Source: a virus
Taxonomy: Duplodnaviria; Caudoviricetes
Reading direction: 5' to 3' (one strand)
Virus record (IMG/VR): IMGVR_UViG_3300026851_000044
Location: 1-55,503 of that record
DNA: 55,503 nt
A model generated the notes under the pieces. The model worked only from the letters and a program-made list of their open reading frames with translations. It was not told where the DNA came from and did not search any database. This document shows positions 38,579-47,404 of the stretch, piece after piece (the stretch's first letter is position 1; every line of letters starts with the position of its first letter). A program made the translations under genes and the position numbers.

Positions 38579-38846
38579 GTGGCTTGAAGAGGCCCAAACG
38601 CCGGCTAGATCTTAGGGATCGATACCGGCACCGTGCCGGGGCGAGCAATCCATTGCTCACCCCTGGCGCAACAGCTGCCAAATCTGTGGTGGAAGAGGCA
38701 GCAACACCAAGGCTTCCAAGCCTTGGAAAAGCGCGATAAAGAGAGGTGGTTGCATGTGGTGTGCCCGCCTATCTTTATCGCGACCCGACAGCGCTGTGGT
38801 GGTGCGTGCCGGGAGGAACTGGGCGACCTTTGGGTCGCCTTTTTTC
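38579..38846 (+). ncRNA. Putative structured antisense RNA with three UGUGGUG loops
   Basis: Series of hairpins whose G-U pairs favour the + strand, ending in terminator GGCGACC-TTTG-GGTCGCC-T6; TG-n-TACATT -10 at 38564-38572. Confidence 0.55.
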
Positions 38847-38849
38847 TAC

Positions 38850-39083
38850 CTATGCCACGTTGCGAAAAGATTGAGCCTCAGTAACGCCGAAGTGTTCCAA
38901 CACCTCACCAAGAGAGACCTTTCCCTCACTTTCGCGAGCCAAAGACTTGATCAACGACACGCTAGGATCTTTGCTCGCATATTTTATGTGAAGACGCAGA
39001 TAGCTCACGGCAATGCCGCAGCGCTTTGCGTACGCTTTTTGCGCAGCATGGTCTAGGTGATGAATGTAATCGCGAAGCTTCAT
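38850..39083 (-). CDS. Cro-like HTH regulator
   Basis: 77 aa, YAKRCGIAVSYLR HTH, divergent from the repressor. Confidence 0.8.
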   Translation of the reverse strand: MKLRDYIHHLDHAAQKAYAKRCGIAVSYLRLHIKYASKDPSVSLIKSLARESEGKVSLGEVLEHFGVTEAQSFRNVA

Positions 39084-39106
39084 GTGCACCCCCTTACTCG
39101 CAACAT

Positions 39107-39161
39107 TAACCTTTAAGGTTACTTTTTTCAATACCTCCAAGGACATTCACCTTCTAGGTTA
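39107..39161. promoter_or_regulatory. cI/cro operators (ACCT-N3-AGG palindromes)
   Basis: TAACCTTTAAGGTTA (39107), ATACCTCCAAGGACA (39131), TCACCTTCTAGGTTA (39147). Confidence 0.7.
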
Positions 39162-39180
39162 ACCTGCCCAGAATCCACTG

Positions 39181-39828
39181 ATGAAAATTTCTGATACTCG
39201 CCTAAAAAACTTCCGACGCCTCTTAGCCGACAAAAAGCTGAGATTGACCGATATCGCGGATCTATTAGGCAAGGCACCTGCTCAAGTGAGTGCTTTCGGC
39301 GGGAAAAATCCAAGCAAAGGTATCGGCGATCAAATTGCTAGAGAAATTGAGAAGGCTTTGAACTTGCACCAAGGCTATCTCGACATGCCATTTGGTCTTG
39401 GCGAACTCAATAATGCTACGGTATTGACCATCACTGGCCGAAAGCTGCCAGTGATTGGCCCTATCGCAGCAGGAGCATGGTGCGAATTCAAGGGTGAGAT
39501 TGATCCCAGAGAGACTGAAGAATGGATTGATGCGCCCGGTCCAGTTGGCCCTAATGCATTCATACTTCGAGTGCAAGGAATAAGTATGGAGCCTAAGTTT
39601 TTTGAGGGGGATAAGATAGTCGTTGACCCTTCACTTGAAGCCCTACCAGGCCACTTCGTAGTGGCAAAAAGGGCGAGTGATGAGGCTGCAACGCTTAAAC
39701 AATTAAAACAGGAAGGTAATGAGCATTATCTTTATGCTCTCAATCCAGACTGGCCAGATAGAATTATTCGTTTGACGGAAGACTGGAGTATATGCGGAAG
39801 GGCGCGCTGGAAAATTTCTGACCTGTAA
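39181..39828 (+). CDS. CI-like repressor (HTH plus S24 peptidase)
   Basis: N-terminal HTH, IAAG cleavage site, GISMEP Ser, TLKQL Lys. Confidence 0.93.
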   Translation: MKISDTRLKNFRRLLADKKLRLTDIADLLGKAPAQVSAFGGKNPSKGIGDQIAREIEKALNLHQGYLDMPFGLGELNNATVLTITGRKLPVIGPIAAGAWCEFKGEIDPRETEEWIDAPGPVGPNAFILRVQGISMEPKFFEGDKIVVDPSLEALPGHFVVAKRASDEAATLKQLKQEGNEHYLYALNPDWPDRIIRLTEDWSICGRARWKISDL

Positions 39829-39867
39829 CTCATAGAATAACCAGTTAACGCTCTGCTGCATTAATCG

Positions 39868-41187
39868 TTATTGATTTACGACAATCATCGCTGGAGGCCA
39901 AAGCATAAGATTTGCTAACACATGTCTTTTTATCATTGACCTATTAGATGCAATCACGGAATTCCACCGTGCATTCCAACAGGCAAATGCGTCCCACGAG
40001 TAACCATGCATAAATGTATTAGTCATATTAGCCATGGAAGATTGAACAGCAGACAAATAAAGAGCTTCAATTGACGTTCCTTTTATTTCTAAAATACCGC
40101 CCAAGTAAACCAACCATTTTGCCATGTGCGCGTACTGGTCCCAAGCACCAGTAACAGAGCTCAATATTTGCTTCGCTTGGATAATCCTACCTATGCTATT
40201 CACTACTGCTGGGTTGTTAATACTCACCCCTACAGCAGAAAAAGACGAAACAATCTCGTAAAACGAGTTTTCCGCCTGTAAGTGCGCCGGCGTGTACTCT
40301 TGCCCGTGGTATAGAATTTGTCGAATATTGTCCAACGACGGCAGAGCACAGCGTACCGCGACGGGCATGTATTGATTCAGCCTGAAGAAAAAATCGTGTA
40401 CTTGCAAAGAATCTAGGACTCTTATTCCATAACAATGATAGTAATAATCCTTAACATACTGACTTACAGCCGACCGGGACACCAAGAAGATATTAGAGCT
40501 AATTACGTGCGCCTTAGAAAATCCTTTATATTCATTGATGATTGCTTTGAGATTTGTATCTCCAAGCGAATATCCCAATATCACAACCGTATTCTCATGT
40601 AGAACTGTGCTTAGTTTTCTTGAGAAATACGATTCGCCGTTGATGAAACGAAAGTAGTCTTCAGAAGTCACAACCATATGACTAGGTGATACTACAGAAC
40701 CATGAACATGATATATACGCACTCTCGCATCAGAGCGAGGCACAGGGAGTCCTGGTGAAAGGGATTGCCAGTTCGTCCCTGACAGACCTTCTAGAAGCAG
40801 ATCATAATTAGTGGTGACTACTTCCACATGATTATTAGCCATAAAATTACTAATGATGGAATTATCTCCCACCAAAACCAACGACTTAATTAGCTCAGCA
40901 ATTTCGAAATGGAGATTTTTATCAACTTTCTCTAATTCCAAAGCTATAACTTGGGCTGCTTCTTCCAAACTTAAAGGATTTAACCCCGAAGCAGGAAAAA
41001 GCGCTTGTTTTAAGGAAGAAGGATCGGGAGTCGAATCACATACATACTCTAAAAGCTCCTGCCAACTTGGAGCAGAGTTGCCCGTCACAGATTTTGAAAA
41101 TCCGGTTCCCGTAAAAAAGCACAGTCTTTTAGACGCAGCTGCATAGGCAATCTCAAAATACTCACTCACAGAACCGCTCCTTGTCAC
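39868..41187 (-). CDS. SIR2-like domain protein with uncharacterised C-terminal domain
   Basis: FTGTGFS, PSW, VTTNYD, HVHGS, LGYSLGD motifs; AT-rich. Confidence 0.88.
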   Translation of the reverse strand: MTRSGSVSEYFEIAYAAASKRLCFFTGTGFSKSVTGNSAPSWQELLEYVCDSTPDPSSLKQALFPASGLNPLSLEEAAQVIALELEKVDKNLHFEIAELIKSLVLVGDNSIISNFMANNHVEVVTTNYDLLLEGLSGTNWQSLSPGLPVPRSDARVRIYHVHGSVVSPSHMVVTSEDYFRFINGESYFSRKLSTVLHENTVVILGYSLGDTNLKAIINEYKGFSKAHVISSNIFLVSRSAVSQYVKDYYYHCYGIRVLDSLQVHDFFFRLNQYMPVAVRCALPSLDNIRQILYHGQEYTPAHLQAENSFYEIVSSFSAVGVSINNPAVVNSIGRIIQAKQILSSVTGAWDQYAHMAKWLVYLGGILEIKGTSIEALYLSAVQSSMANMTNTFMHGYSWDAFACWNARWNSVIASNRSMIKRHVLANLMLWPPAMIVVNQ

Positions 41188-41280
41188 AAGTGATGCAAAT
41201 AATAGCTCCTAGCGATGACGAATTGCCATCAAGCGATCGCCGATAAAAAGAGCTTATCAAGACAGTCGATGTAGTGATGC

Positions 41281-41307
41281 TTGACAAAAATTAACCTTGA
41301 AGGTTAA
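41281..41307 (+). promoter_or_regulatory. Early promoter -35 with repressor operator
   Basis: TTGACA at 41281-41286 followed by the palindrome TTAACCTTGAAGGTTAA matching the cI/cro operators. Confidence 0.7.
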
Positions 41308-41343
41308 TTTTTGCTTCCTCTCCACCACAGAGCGAAGCAAATT

Positions 41344-41520
41344 ATGCACACCACAGCAACCCTGCACGTCCATCCGGCCGCTGCCAACCCCTTCCAAATC
41401 TTTGAGATCCGACGCCTAGCTCGCGAGTGCGGCTGCGCGTTCGCCATCAGCAAACAGAAGCTGACAGCACGCACCACTCCTGCCCCAGTCAATCCGAACG
41501 GCGGAGGGCATGGAGCATGA
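41344..41520 (+). CDS. Small early-operon protein
   Basis: MHTTATLHVHP...PNGGGHGA; overlaps the next start. Confidence 0.6.
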   Translation: MHTTATLHVHPAAANPFQIFEIRRLARECGCAFAISKQKLTARTTPAPVNPNGGGHGA

Positions 41521-42107
41521 TCAAGTACAAAATCGACAACCGCACCCTGCAGCTGCTCAATGCTCAGGTCAACCTGACCGAAACTTTCAACCACGTTCTA
41601 CGGACCGCGCCCAAGCGCGAGTGCCTGGCGTTTCGCCTCAAGGTTGAACGTGGCATCTCAGAAAGCACCTTCGTCGTGGAGCTGGGCAGCGAACGCCACA
41701 CGCTGACCCTGCCGAACGAAAAGAAGATGCATCTCAAGCTGGCCGACTTCATCGAAGAGATCGCCAACGGCCCGTTCGATGCGAGCAATACCAGCGACCT
41801 GCTGCACCGTCCCCACGCCAGCCGTGAATATGGCCGCTTTGATGTATCGGATAAGCAGCGGGTGTTCGAGCTGGTGCGCACCGGTGGCGTGCTTAACCTC
41901 GACATGGGTTTTGACTACCCGCTAATTGTCGCGCTGCACCGCACTCAATCTCGATCAGGTGTCACCACCATCCTGAGCATCGGTAACAAAAGCCCGCACA
42001 CCCGTTGCTTCACCGTGTACGGCAGCGATGTCGAGATCTACGGCAAAGTCAGCGAGTCCATCAACCACCTTGCAGCAGCGGCAACACCAGCTGCGCACGC
42101 GGCATGA
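41517..42107 (+). CDS. Hypothetical early phage protein
   Basis: GGAG RBS, MIKYKIDNRTL, phage-like codon usage. Confidence 0.7.
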   Translation: MIKYKIDNRTLQLLNAQVNLTETFNHVLRTAPKRECLAFRLKVERGISESTFVVELGSERHTLTLPNEKKMHLKLADFIEEIANGPFDASNTSDLLHRPHASREYGRFDVSDKQRVFELVRTGGVLNLDMGFDYPLIVALHRTQSRSGVTTILSIGNKSPHTRCFTVYGSDVEIYGKVSESINHLAAAATPAAHAA

Positions 42108-42117
42108 GGGGCACACC

Positions 42118-42402
42118 ATGGAACGCACCCTCGCCCAAGCCGCAACCCACCTCGGCCTGACTCGCCCGAAGCTCATCGCACGCATGCGTGAAAAAGGTCT
42201 CCTCAACGATCGTAACCTACCGGCCTATCCCAACCGTGATCGCGACTATCTGCGCATCAAGGACGGCCAGTGGTACCACGATCAGCTCGGTATGCAGTAC
42301 AGCCAATCGACCCGGATCAAACATCCCGGTATCCGTTGGCTGGCTGAACAGTTGGGAATCGACCTACCCGCCATTCCGGCAGACAGCCGTGACGTGGCCT
42401 AG
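42118..42402 (+). CDS. Antirepressor KilAC-like domain protein
   Basis: TLAQAATHLGLTRPKLIARMREKGLL...NLP...TRIKHPGIRWLA. Confidence 0.75.
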   Translation: MERTLAQAATHLGLTRPKLIARMREKGLLNDRNLPAYPNRDRDYLRIKDGQWYHDQLGMQYSQSTRIKHPGIRWLAEQLGIDLPAIPADSRDVA

Positions 42403-42568
42403 GGAATACGCCCGCCAGATCATCGCCATGCGGACACGAGAGGAGCGCAACGCCGCGCTCCTCAAAGTGCCCGAACATCTGCGCGAGCTGACCAGAACGC
42501 ATTGCCTGAACGCCTGGAACCACCCGGCCAGAAAACAACGCAAGGAGGCCCAACAAAGCCATGAGTAA
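42389..42568 (+). CDS. Small hypothetical phage protein
   Basis: WPREYARQII...ERNAALLKVPEHLR; coupled to both neighbours. Confidence 0.6.
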   Translation: MTWPREYARQIIAMRTREERNAALLKVPEHLRELTRTHCLNAWNHPARKQRKEAQQSHE

Positions 42569-42878
42569 CACAGCACAAAACCCGCTACGCCTGCACCCGG
42601 CGCCGGAATCAGCCACCGTCGAATTGCTTTACCGCATCTTCGGCGACGTCCTGATTCCACTCGACAAAGTGCGCGAGCAGTACTTCCGCAACCTCAACGA
42701 GCAATCCTTCGTCGCCGAGATCAGCAGCGGCCGCATCCAGCTCCCCATCACCACGTTGGACACCAGCCGCAAGGCACCGAAGTACGCACACATCCGGCAC
42801 GTCGCCTCACTGATCGACATCCGCGCCTACAAGGCCGACGAAGACATGCAGCGACAGCAGGATGACACCAACGAGTAA
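42561..42878 (+). CDS. PrtN-family DNA-binding protein
   Basis: TVELLYRIFGDVLIPLDKVREQYF...SRKAPKYAHIRHVASLID. Confidence 0.8.
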   Translation: MSNTAQNPLRLHPAPESATVELLYRIFGDVLIPLDKVREQYFRNLNEQSFVAEISSGRIQLPITTLDTSRKAPKYAHIRHVASLIDIRAYKADEDMQRQQDDTNE

Positions 42879-42935
42879 CACCCAAAACCGAATGGCTGCC
42901 ACCACCAGCCGAAGACTTCCTCAGGAGCACACCAC

Positions 42936-43403
42936 ATGACCACAGTTCAAATTTACGCCCTGATAGCAATCGCCATCATGATCGCCGGCGTTTATTGGCT
43001 CGCCTACCGGCACGGCTTCAGCAGCGGCCGAGCCGAGGGACATTCAGAGGGCTACAGCGATGGCTATGACGTTGGCGGCTGTGTTGGGTATCGAGACGGC
43101 CAAGCGAGCCAGAGCGCTGATAGCGCGGAAGAAATCCGCAACTCGCAGCACACCCTTGATCAGGCGCACGACCAACGCAAGAAACTCTACACCCACTACG
43201 AGCGCGCCTTGGCTGCCTCAAAACTTGGCGAACAGGAACGACTGACCCTACTGGAAATCGCCGAGAAACTCCGGATCGCATCCGAAACGTTTAGCGCCTT
43301 CCGCACCGGCAAAAAGCTGGAGCGCGACACCCGCACACTCCGCGACCAGGCGCTCGCCATAGCTGCCCTGCTGGAACCGGCCGAACAGGAGAACGCCGCA
43401 TGA
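42936..43403 (+). CDS. Hypothetical membrane-anchored phage protein
   Basis: N-terminal TM, GxxxG repeats, coiled coil; AGGAG RBS. Confidence 0.7.
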   Translation: MTTVQIYALIAIAIMIAGVYWLAYRHGFSSGRAEGHSEGYSDGYDVGGCVGYRDGQASQSADSAEEIRNSQHTLDQAHDQRKKLYTHYERALAASKLGEQERLTLLEIAEKLRIASETFSAFRTGKKLERDTRTLRDQALAIAALLEPAEQENAA

Positions 43404-44443
43404 GCGAGATCCGTCCCCAATCCAGCACCCACTTCAACCCGGCTAACTCTCAATCAGCGATTGATGCACAAACGCGCACTCAAATCTCGGAGGAAAGCGG
43501 CATGCAAATGGACCAGCACGACACCCAAACCACGACCGCTTTGCTCCGCAAGGAAACCAGCGTCGACACACTAGAAACAAACAGTCTCTGCTGCGCAGCA
43601 GCAGGCATTATTGCTCCTTCCAGCAGCACCACCGAGGCGCTTATACCCCACGAAAAGCTGCGCGAGGCAGCGACCCCCAATGCCACGCTAAACGCTCAGA
43701 ATCGCCCGCCCGCGCAGCCTGTTGAGGGGGATAAAGCTCATCATTGGGAGATGTCATCCTGCGCAAGCAGCATTGATTCGACAGCGAGCCTTTTCAGCCG
43801 CCATAGCAGCTGCCTCCATGTCATAAATAATGAGCATGGAAATGCCACCAGGCTTCCCTGCCTGAATCGACTGAACTCCATGAAGAACATCTCTGACCGC
43901 GGCACGAAGTTCGAGCCAGCCTATAGCGGCTTCAGCTCGGGGAACTTCATTGAACTGTACTTCACGCATCAAGTAGTCACAATCGCGCAAAGAGACCTCG
44001 AACCTAGTCACCATGCGTTTGTCGCTAGAATTGTCAGTAAGGTAGCTACTGGCATTAAACGATACATCAGCGACGAAATTCGCGACGACAAACAACTTAT
44101 CCAAAAGCTCTCTCTCTGCCTGCTTCGCAGCTTTAGAAGCCCGCTGGTTCTGCGAACTGGCGACAGCAATTGCCACGATGATCGCAAGCACAGACCCCAC
44201 CGCTTGCACCCATGCGGCTGCGTCTTTCTTTGCATCAAAAGCATCAAGCAATACAAAAAGAGCCCACCCCAGTGCACCGGTAGCCAAAAACAGCCACACC
44301 ACCCAAATCGTGGCTGTGCTCATAAACGGTGGCAATTTCAAACGTTTCATTCAAGCCGGCCCCTCGCCATCAAAAGATCCGCGAGATTGCCCACTTTCAT
44401 CACTCTCGTCTACGAAAGTCACATGATGGAGGTTGCGGCGTGA
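43400..44443 (+). CDS. Hypothetical early protein overlapping an antisense gene
   Basis: Start and stop are coupled to flanking genes (ATGA, GTGA); the central part is the antisense of 43754-44350. Confidence 0.45.
   Translation: MSEIRPQSSTHFNPANSQSAIDAQTRTQISEESGMQMDQHDTQTTTALLRKETSVDTLETNSLCCAAAGIIAPSSSTTEALIPHEKLREAATPNATLNAQNRPPAQPVEGDKAHHWEMSSCASSIDSTASLFSRHSSCLHVINNEHGNATRLPCLNRLNSMKNISDRGTKFEPAYSGFSSGNFIELYFTHQVVTIAQRDLEPSHHAFVARIVSKVATGIKRYISDEIRDDKQLIQKLSLCLLRSFRSPLVLRTGDSNCHDDRKHRPHRLHPCGCVFLCIKSIKQYKKSPPQCTGSQKQPHHPNRGCAHKRWQFQTFHSSRPLAIKRSARLPTFITLVYESHMMEVAA
43754..44350 (-). CDS. 2-TM membrane protein (moron)
   Basis: AAWVQAVGSVLAIIVAIAVA membrane motif followed by a helical domain. 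Confidence 0.7.
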   Translation of the reverse strand: MKRLKLPPFMSTATIWVVWLFLATGALGWALFVLLDAFDAKKDAAAWVQAVGSVLAIIVAIAVASSQNQRASKAAKQAERELLDKLFVVANFVADVSFNASSYLTDNSSDKRMVTRFEVSLRDCDYLMREVQFNEVPRAEAAIGWLELRAAVRDVLHGVQSIQAGKPGGISMLIIYDMEAAAMAAEKARCRINAACAG

Positions 44444-44709
44444 ACACTCTTTTCCTATTGATGGCACAGTATGATGGCCAAGCAGTCATTCCACTGGACC
44501 GTGTGTGTGCCGATTACATGAACCTGACAGTCGAAAAATTCAAACGAAAATGTTTGGATGGAGAAATTGATATACCAATCGTTCGCCTAGGCGCAGAGAG
44601 TCAGAAGGCTGCACTAGGTATACACTTGAGAGACCTCGCAGATTACATCGATCGACAGCGCGAAAGAGCTACAGTCGAGCAAAAAAAATTCATGGGAAGA
44701 GCCGCTTAG
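44440..44709 (+). CDS. PrtN-family protein, possible recombination directionality factor
   Basis: NTLFLLMAQYDGQAVIPL...SQKAALGIHLRDLADYID; last early gene, near the integrase. Confidence 0.8.
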   Translation: MNTLFLLMAQYDGQAVIPLDRVCADYMNLTVEKFKRKCLDGEIDIPIVRLGAESQKAALGIHLRDLADYIDRQRERATVEQKKFMGRAA

Positions 44710-44742
44710 GACGATTTGAGTCCTTTCTATCGAAGATCGGAC

Positions 44743-46077
44743 TCAACCCACCTCATCACAAAACCTCTCATCATTGTAAATACTCAGAGATCTTGTATAA
44801 CACCCCAGGGCGCTGCCAACATACATATCCTTACTAAACAGCACACCACGATTCCCAACAACACACCTGACATCTTCAGCTTGTGTTAACGGCAAAACTA
44901 AAGGGCTCGGCACTTCGTCAAAAACAATTCTGAGCAGGCTCTCAGCAACCTCTCTAAAGGCATCCTCAGCAGCAACTAAGTCCACTTCGGAATTTACGTT
45001 AAGAACAACCTTCAAAAGCTTTACAACATGCTCTCCACCGCTTACGTAATAAGCAATATTTGACGAATTGAAACCCTCTCCGATCTTCACATATTTTGAA
45101 CTCCCAAACCAATTTTCGTACCCATAAGCAGGTTTATACGAATTCACCTCCAACTGAAAACCATAAAGAAACCTCCGAGCATCTCGCGGCCTCCATCCAT
45201 CAACGCTCGACAGAGGCAATGGATTTTCCTCTCTATGCCTACGATATTTCATAGAAATGATAGAGGCTTTTATTTCCGCTGGGCTTGAGGCCGACCAGTT
45301 ATATAACTCATGAATCCACTGCTGCATTAACTCCACATCGGCCCTAAAATATAGCAGGGCTACACGCTTCGCGTAAGCGGCGACACTTTTATCCTTCAAC
45401 CGCAAATTTATTTGAGCGAAAGCACTATCGTATGCGCCGTACAACCCAAACAAATAAAGAAAAGGAAAGAACAAAAAAGTGAGAATTATTGGACCGAAAA
45501 AATCTTTAAAATTTGAAGCGCTTGCAAAGAAACCGAAGTTTCCAATTATCTCATAGGCCGCATTAGCTAAATACGCAACTCCCACCACAACAATCAAACA
45601 TCCTAATAGCTTTGAAAGCATTGCATTCTTTTCTTCTCGAGAAGAAACCGCAGCAAGCAAGCTCAGAAACACGACAAACGGAACGAGAAAAATCTCTATC
45701 CATAAAGAGAAAGAATAAAGACCAGTAATAAACACCACTATAGCGGTCGGCTTTACTACACCACGAACCAAGTTATTAAAAAAATATTTTTCCGTCCTTA
45801 TCTTAGGCAAACTAAACATGGAGCTGAAGGCGAACATCACCCCCCACACAATAGTAGTCTTGAGATTTTCATAACCCCACAAATCAACTCGGTACAAACC
45901 GTAGACACAGACTGCCATCCACAAAAAAGCAAGCGTAAAAAAGCTCAGAAAATGCCGATTAAGAAACGCCTGAGGCACTTTAATCATAGCACCTCTAATA
46001 TCTCGATTGAGACACATGGCGACCAAAGCCACAAGAGCACAAATTGAAATTGCAAGCTCACGATTGTTCAGCTCCAT
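44743..46077 (-). CDS. Multi-pass membrane protein with soluble C-terminal domain
   Basis: 444 aa, about 7 N-terminal hydrophobic helices, AT-rich, AGGAG RBS. Confidence 0.8.
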   Translation of the reverse strand: MELNNRELAISICALVALVAMCLNRDIRGAMIKVPQAFLNRHFLSFFTLAFLWMAVCVYGLYRVDLWGYENLKTTIVWGVMFAFSSMFSLPKIRTEKYFFNNLVRGVVKPTAIVVFITGLYSFSLWIEIFLVPFVVFLSLLAAVSSREEKNAMLSKLLGCLIVVVGVAYLANAAYEIIGNFGFFASASNFKDFFGPIILTFLFFPFLYLFGLYGAYDSAFAQINLRLKDKSVAAYAKRVALLYFRADVELMQQWIHELYNWSASSPAEIKASIISMKYRRHREENPLPLSSVDGWRPRDARRFLYGFQLEVNSYKPAYGYENWFGSSKYVKIGEGFNSSNIAYYVSGGEHVVKLLKVVLNVNSEVDLVAAEDAFREVAESLLRIVFDEVPSPLVLPLTQAEDVRCVVGNRGVLFSKDMYVGSALGCYTRSLSIYNDERFCDEVG

Positions 46078-46111
46078 GAACTACTCCTAAGATCCAAGTA
46101 ACATCTAAAAT

Positions 46112-47200
46112 TCAATATAGCCGCTTTAACCATGACCAGTTCTCATAACTATTTCCTCGGCCTCTTAAATGCGTATACCGTCTCAACGAATTCCAATCTC
46201 TATGCCCGGAGACGCTCGACACTCTCGGAATATCCCAGTCCATTTCAAACAGCCGGCTCACCCCTTCATGCCGCAAATCATGGAAATGCAGATCCTCAAT
46301 GCCGAGCATAGGGCACGCCCTGGTGAAAGAGGCGGAGACCGACTTTGCGTTGTAGGGAAAGATCTCTCGTTCGACCTTGGGCATGCTCTGCAGAATTGCC
46401 CAAGCCTCATCCGGTAGATGACACCACACGTCATTGCCGATCTTCTGACCGGGATTCTTCATATCGCGCACCAGTACAGCCTGTCGCGAATCGTCGAGAT
46501 CATCCCAGCGAATCCTTGTAATTTCTTCCTGCCGACGTGTCGAAAAGAGCGCGAAAGCGATCACCTTCGGCATGTCGATCTGAGCCTTGCGGCGCTCCTG
46601 CATTTCGAAGAAATGCTCCATGAGCTTGTCCAACTCCTCGAGCGTCGGCCGGCGGTTACGCTCTTTGCTCTTGCTCACCATGCCTAGTTTGCGCAAGACC
46701 TTGCGTGCGTCAGGCATGGCCAGCGGATCCACTTCGTAGCCCCATGCTGGTCTCGCCACGGATAGGACTGCGCCTAGGTGCGAGAGATCATTGCCAACCG
46801 TCTGCGCCTGGACGCCGCCGCCTTCCTTACCCATCCGCCACTGCGCAAACTCCACCAGCTTCTGGCTGGTCAGTGCCGAGTCATCAAGGTCGCCCAACCA
46901 GGTATCTTTGATCGCAATGAGTGTGGCGTTCTTTGTCTTACCCAACGGCCGGATCTTTTCGTACTCGTCCAGGTACTGCTCGATCATCTTCCTGATCGTC
47001 ACACCCTTACGGTTAGCGCGCTCAATCGCACCAGGCTCGGCCAGCTCCGTCTCCCGCCGTTTGATCCAGGCCTGGGCAATCTGCTTGCGATCGAAGGTTT
47101 GGCTTTCCTGATAAACTGTGCGCCCGTCTCGATTGATCCGTATCTGCGCCGTGTAGGCAGTCGAATTGTCCTTGCGCTTGCGTGATGTGATCGTGCCCAT
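46112..47200 (-). CDS. Tyrosine integrase (dusA-associated type)
   Basis: RRQEEI Arg, HFHDLRHEG, SGHRDW, RRYTH; divergent from a replacement dusA 5' end. Confidence 0.93.
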   Translation of the reverse strand: MGTITSRKRKDNSTAYTAQIRINRDGRTVYQESQTFDRKQIAQAWIKRRETELAEPGAIERANRKGVTIRKMIEQYLDEYEKIRPLGKTKNATLIAIKDTWLGDLDDSALTSQKLVEFAQWRMGKEGGGVQAQTVGNDLSHLGAVLSVARPAWGYEVDPLAMPDARKVLRKLGMVSKSKERNRRPTLEELDKLMEHFFEMQERRKAQIDMPKVIAFALFSTRRQEEITRIRWDDLDDSRQAVLVRDMKNPGQKIGNDVWCHLPDEAWAILQSMPKVEREIFPYNAKSVSASFTRACPMLGIEDLHFHDLRHEGVSRLFEMDWDIPRVSSVSGHRDWNSLRRYTHLRGRGNSYENWSWLKRLY

Positions 47201-47206
47201 TTCCAG

Positions 47207-47244
47207 TTGCTACATTGCTGAATTCGCTTGCTACATTGTAGCAA
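47207..47244. repeat. Integrase arm-type/operator repeats
   Basis: TTGCTACATTG at 47207 and 47228; palindrome TTGCTACA-T-TGTAGCAA. Confidence 0.6.
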
Positions 47245-47302
47245 CCGACCTCAGAAAACAAGGAAAAATGGGTAAAAACCGCTGTATAAAAGATCAGTAC
47301 CA

Positions 47303-47404
47303 ATGAATTTCGAAAAAGCTGAAGCGCCCGTAAACACTAACCCTATCCGTTCCGAGCCGTCTCGCCGCTTCAGTGTGGCGCCGATGATGGATGGGGCCGA
47401 CTGA
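47303..47404 (+). pseudogene. dusA: Prophage-supplied dusA 5' replacement, interrupted by a second insertion
   Basis: MNFEKAEAPVNTNPIRSEPSRRFSVAPMMDGAD*; diverges from DusA right after the att core. Confidence 0.8.

Larger units (their letters stand above)
4046..47392. mobile_element. Temperate prophage integrated in dusA (lambda-like head, P2-like contractile tail)
   Basis: Direct repeat CCGATGATGGAT at 4046-4057 and 47381-47392; integrase at right end; TTGCTACA arm-like motif at both ends (4119-4127 inverted, 47207-47244); complete head, tail, lysis, replication and immunity modules. Confidence 0.88.
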
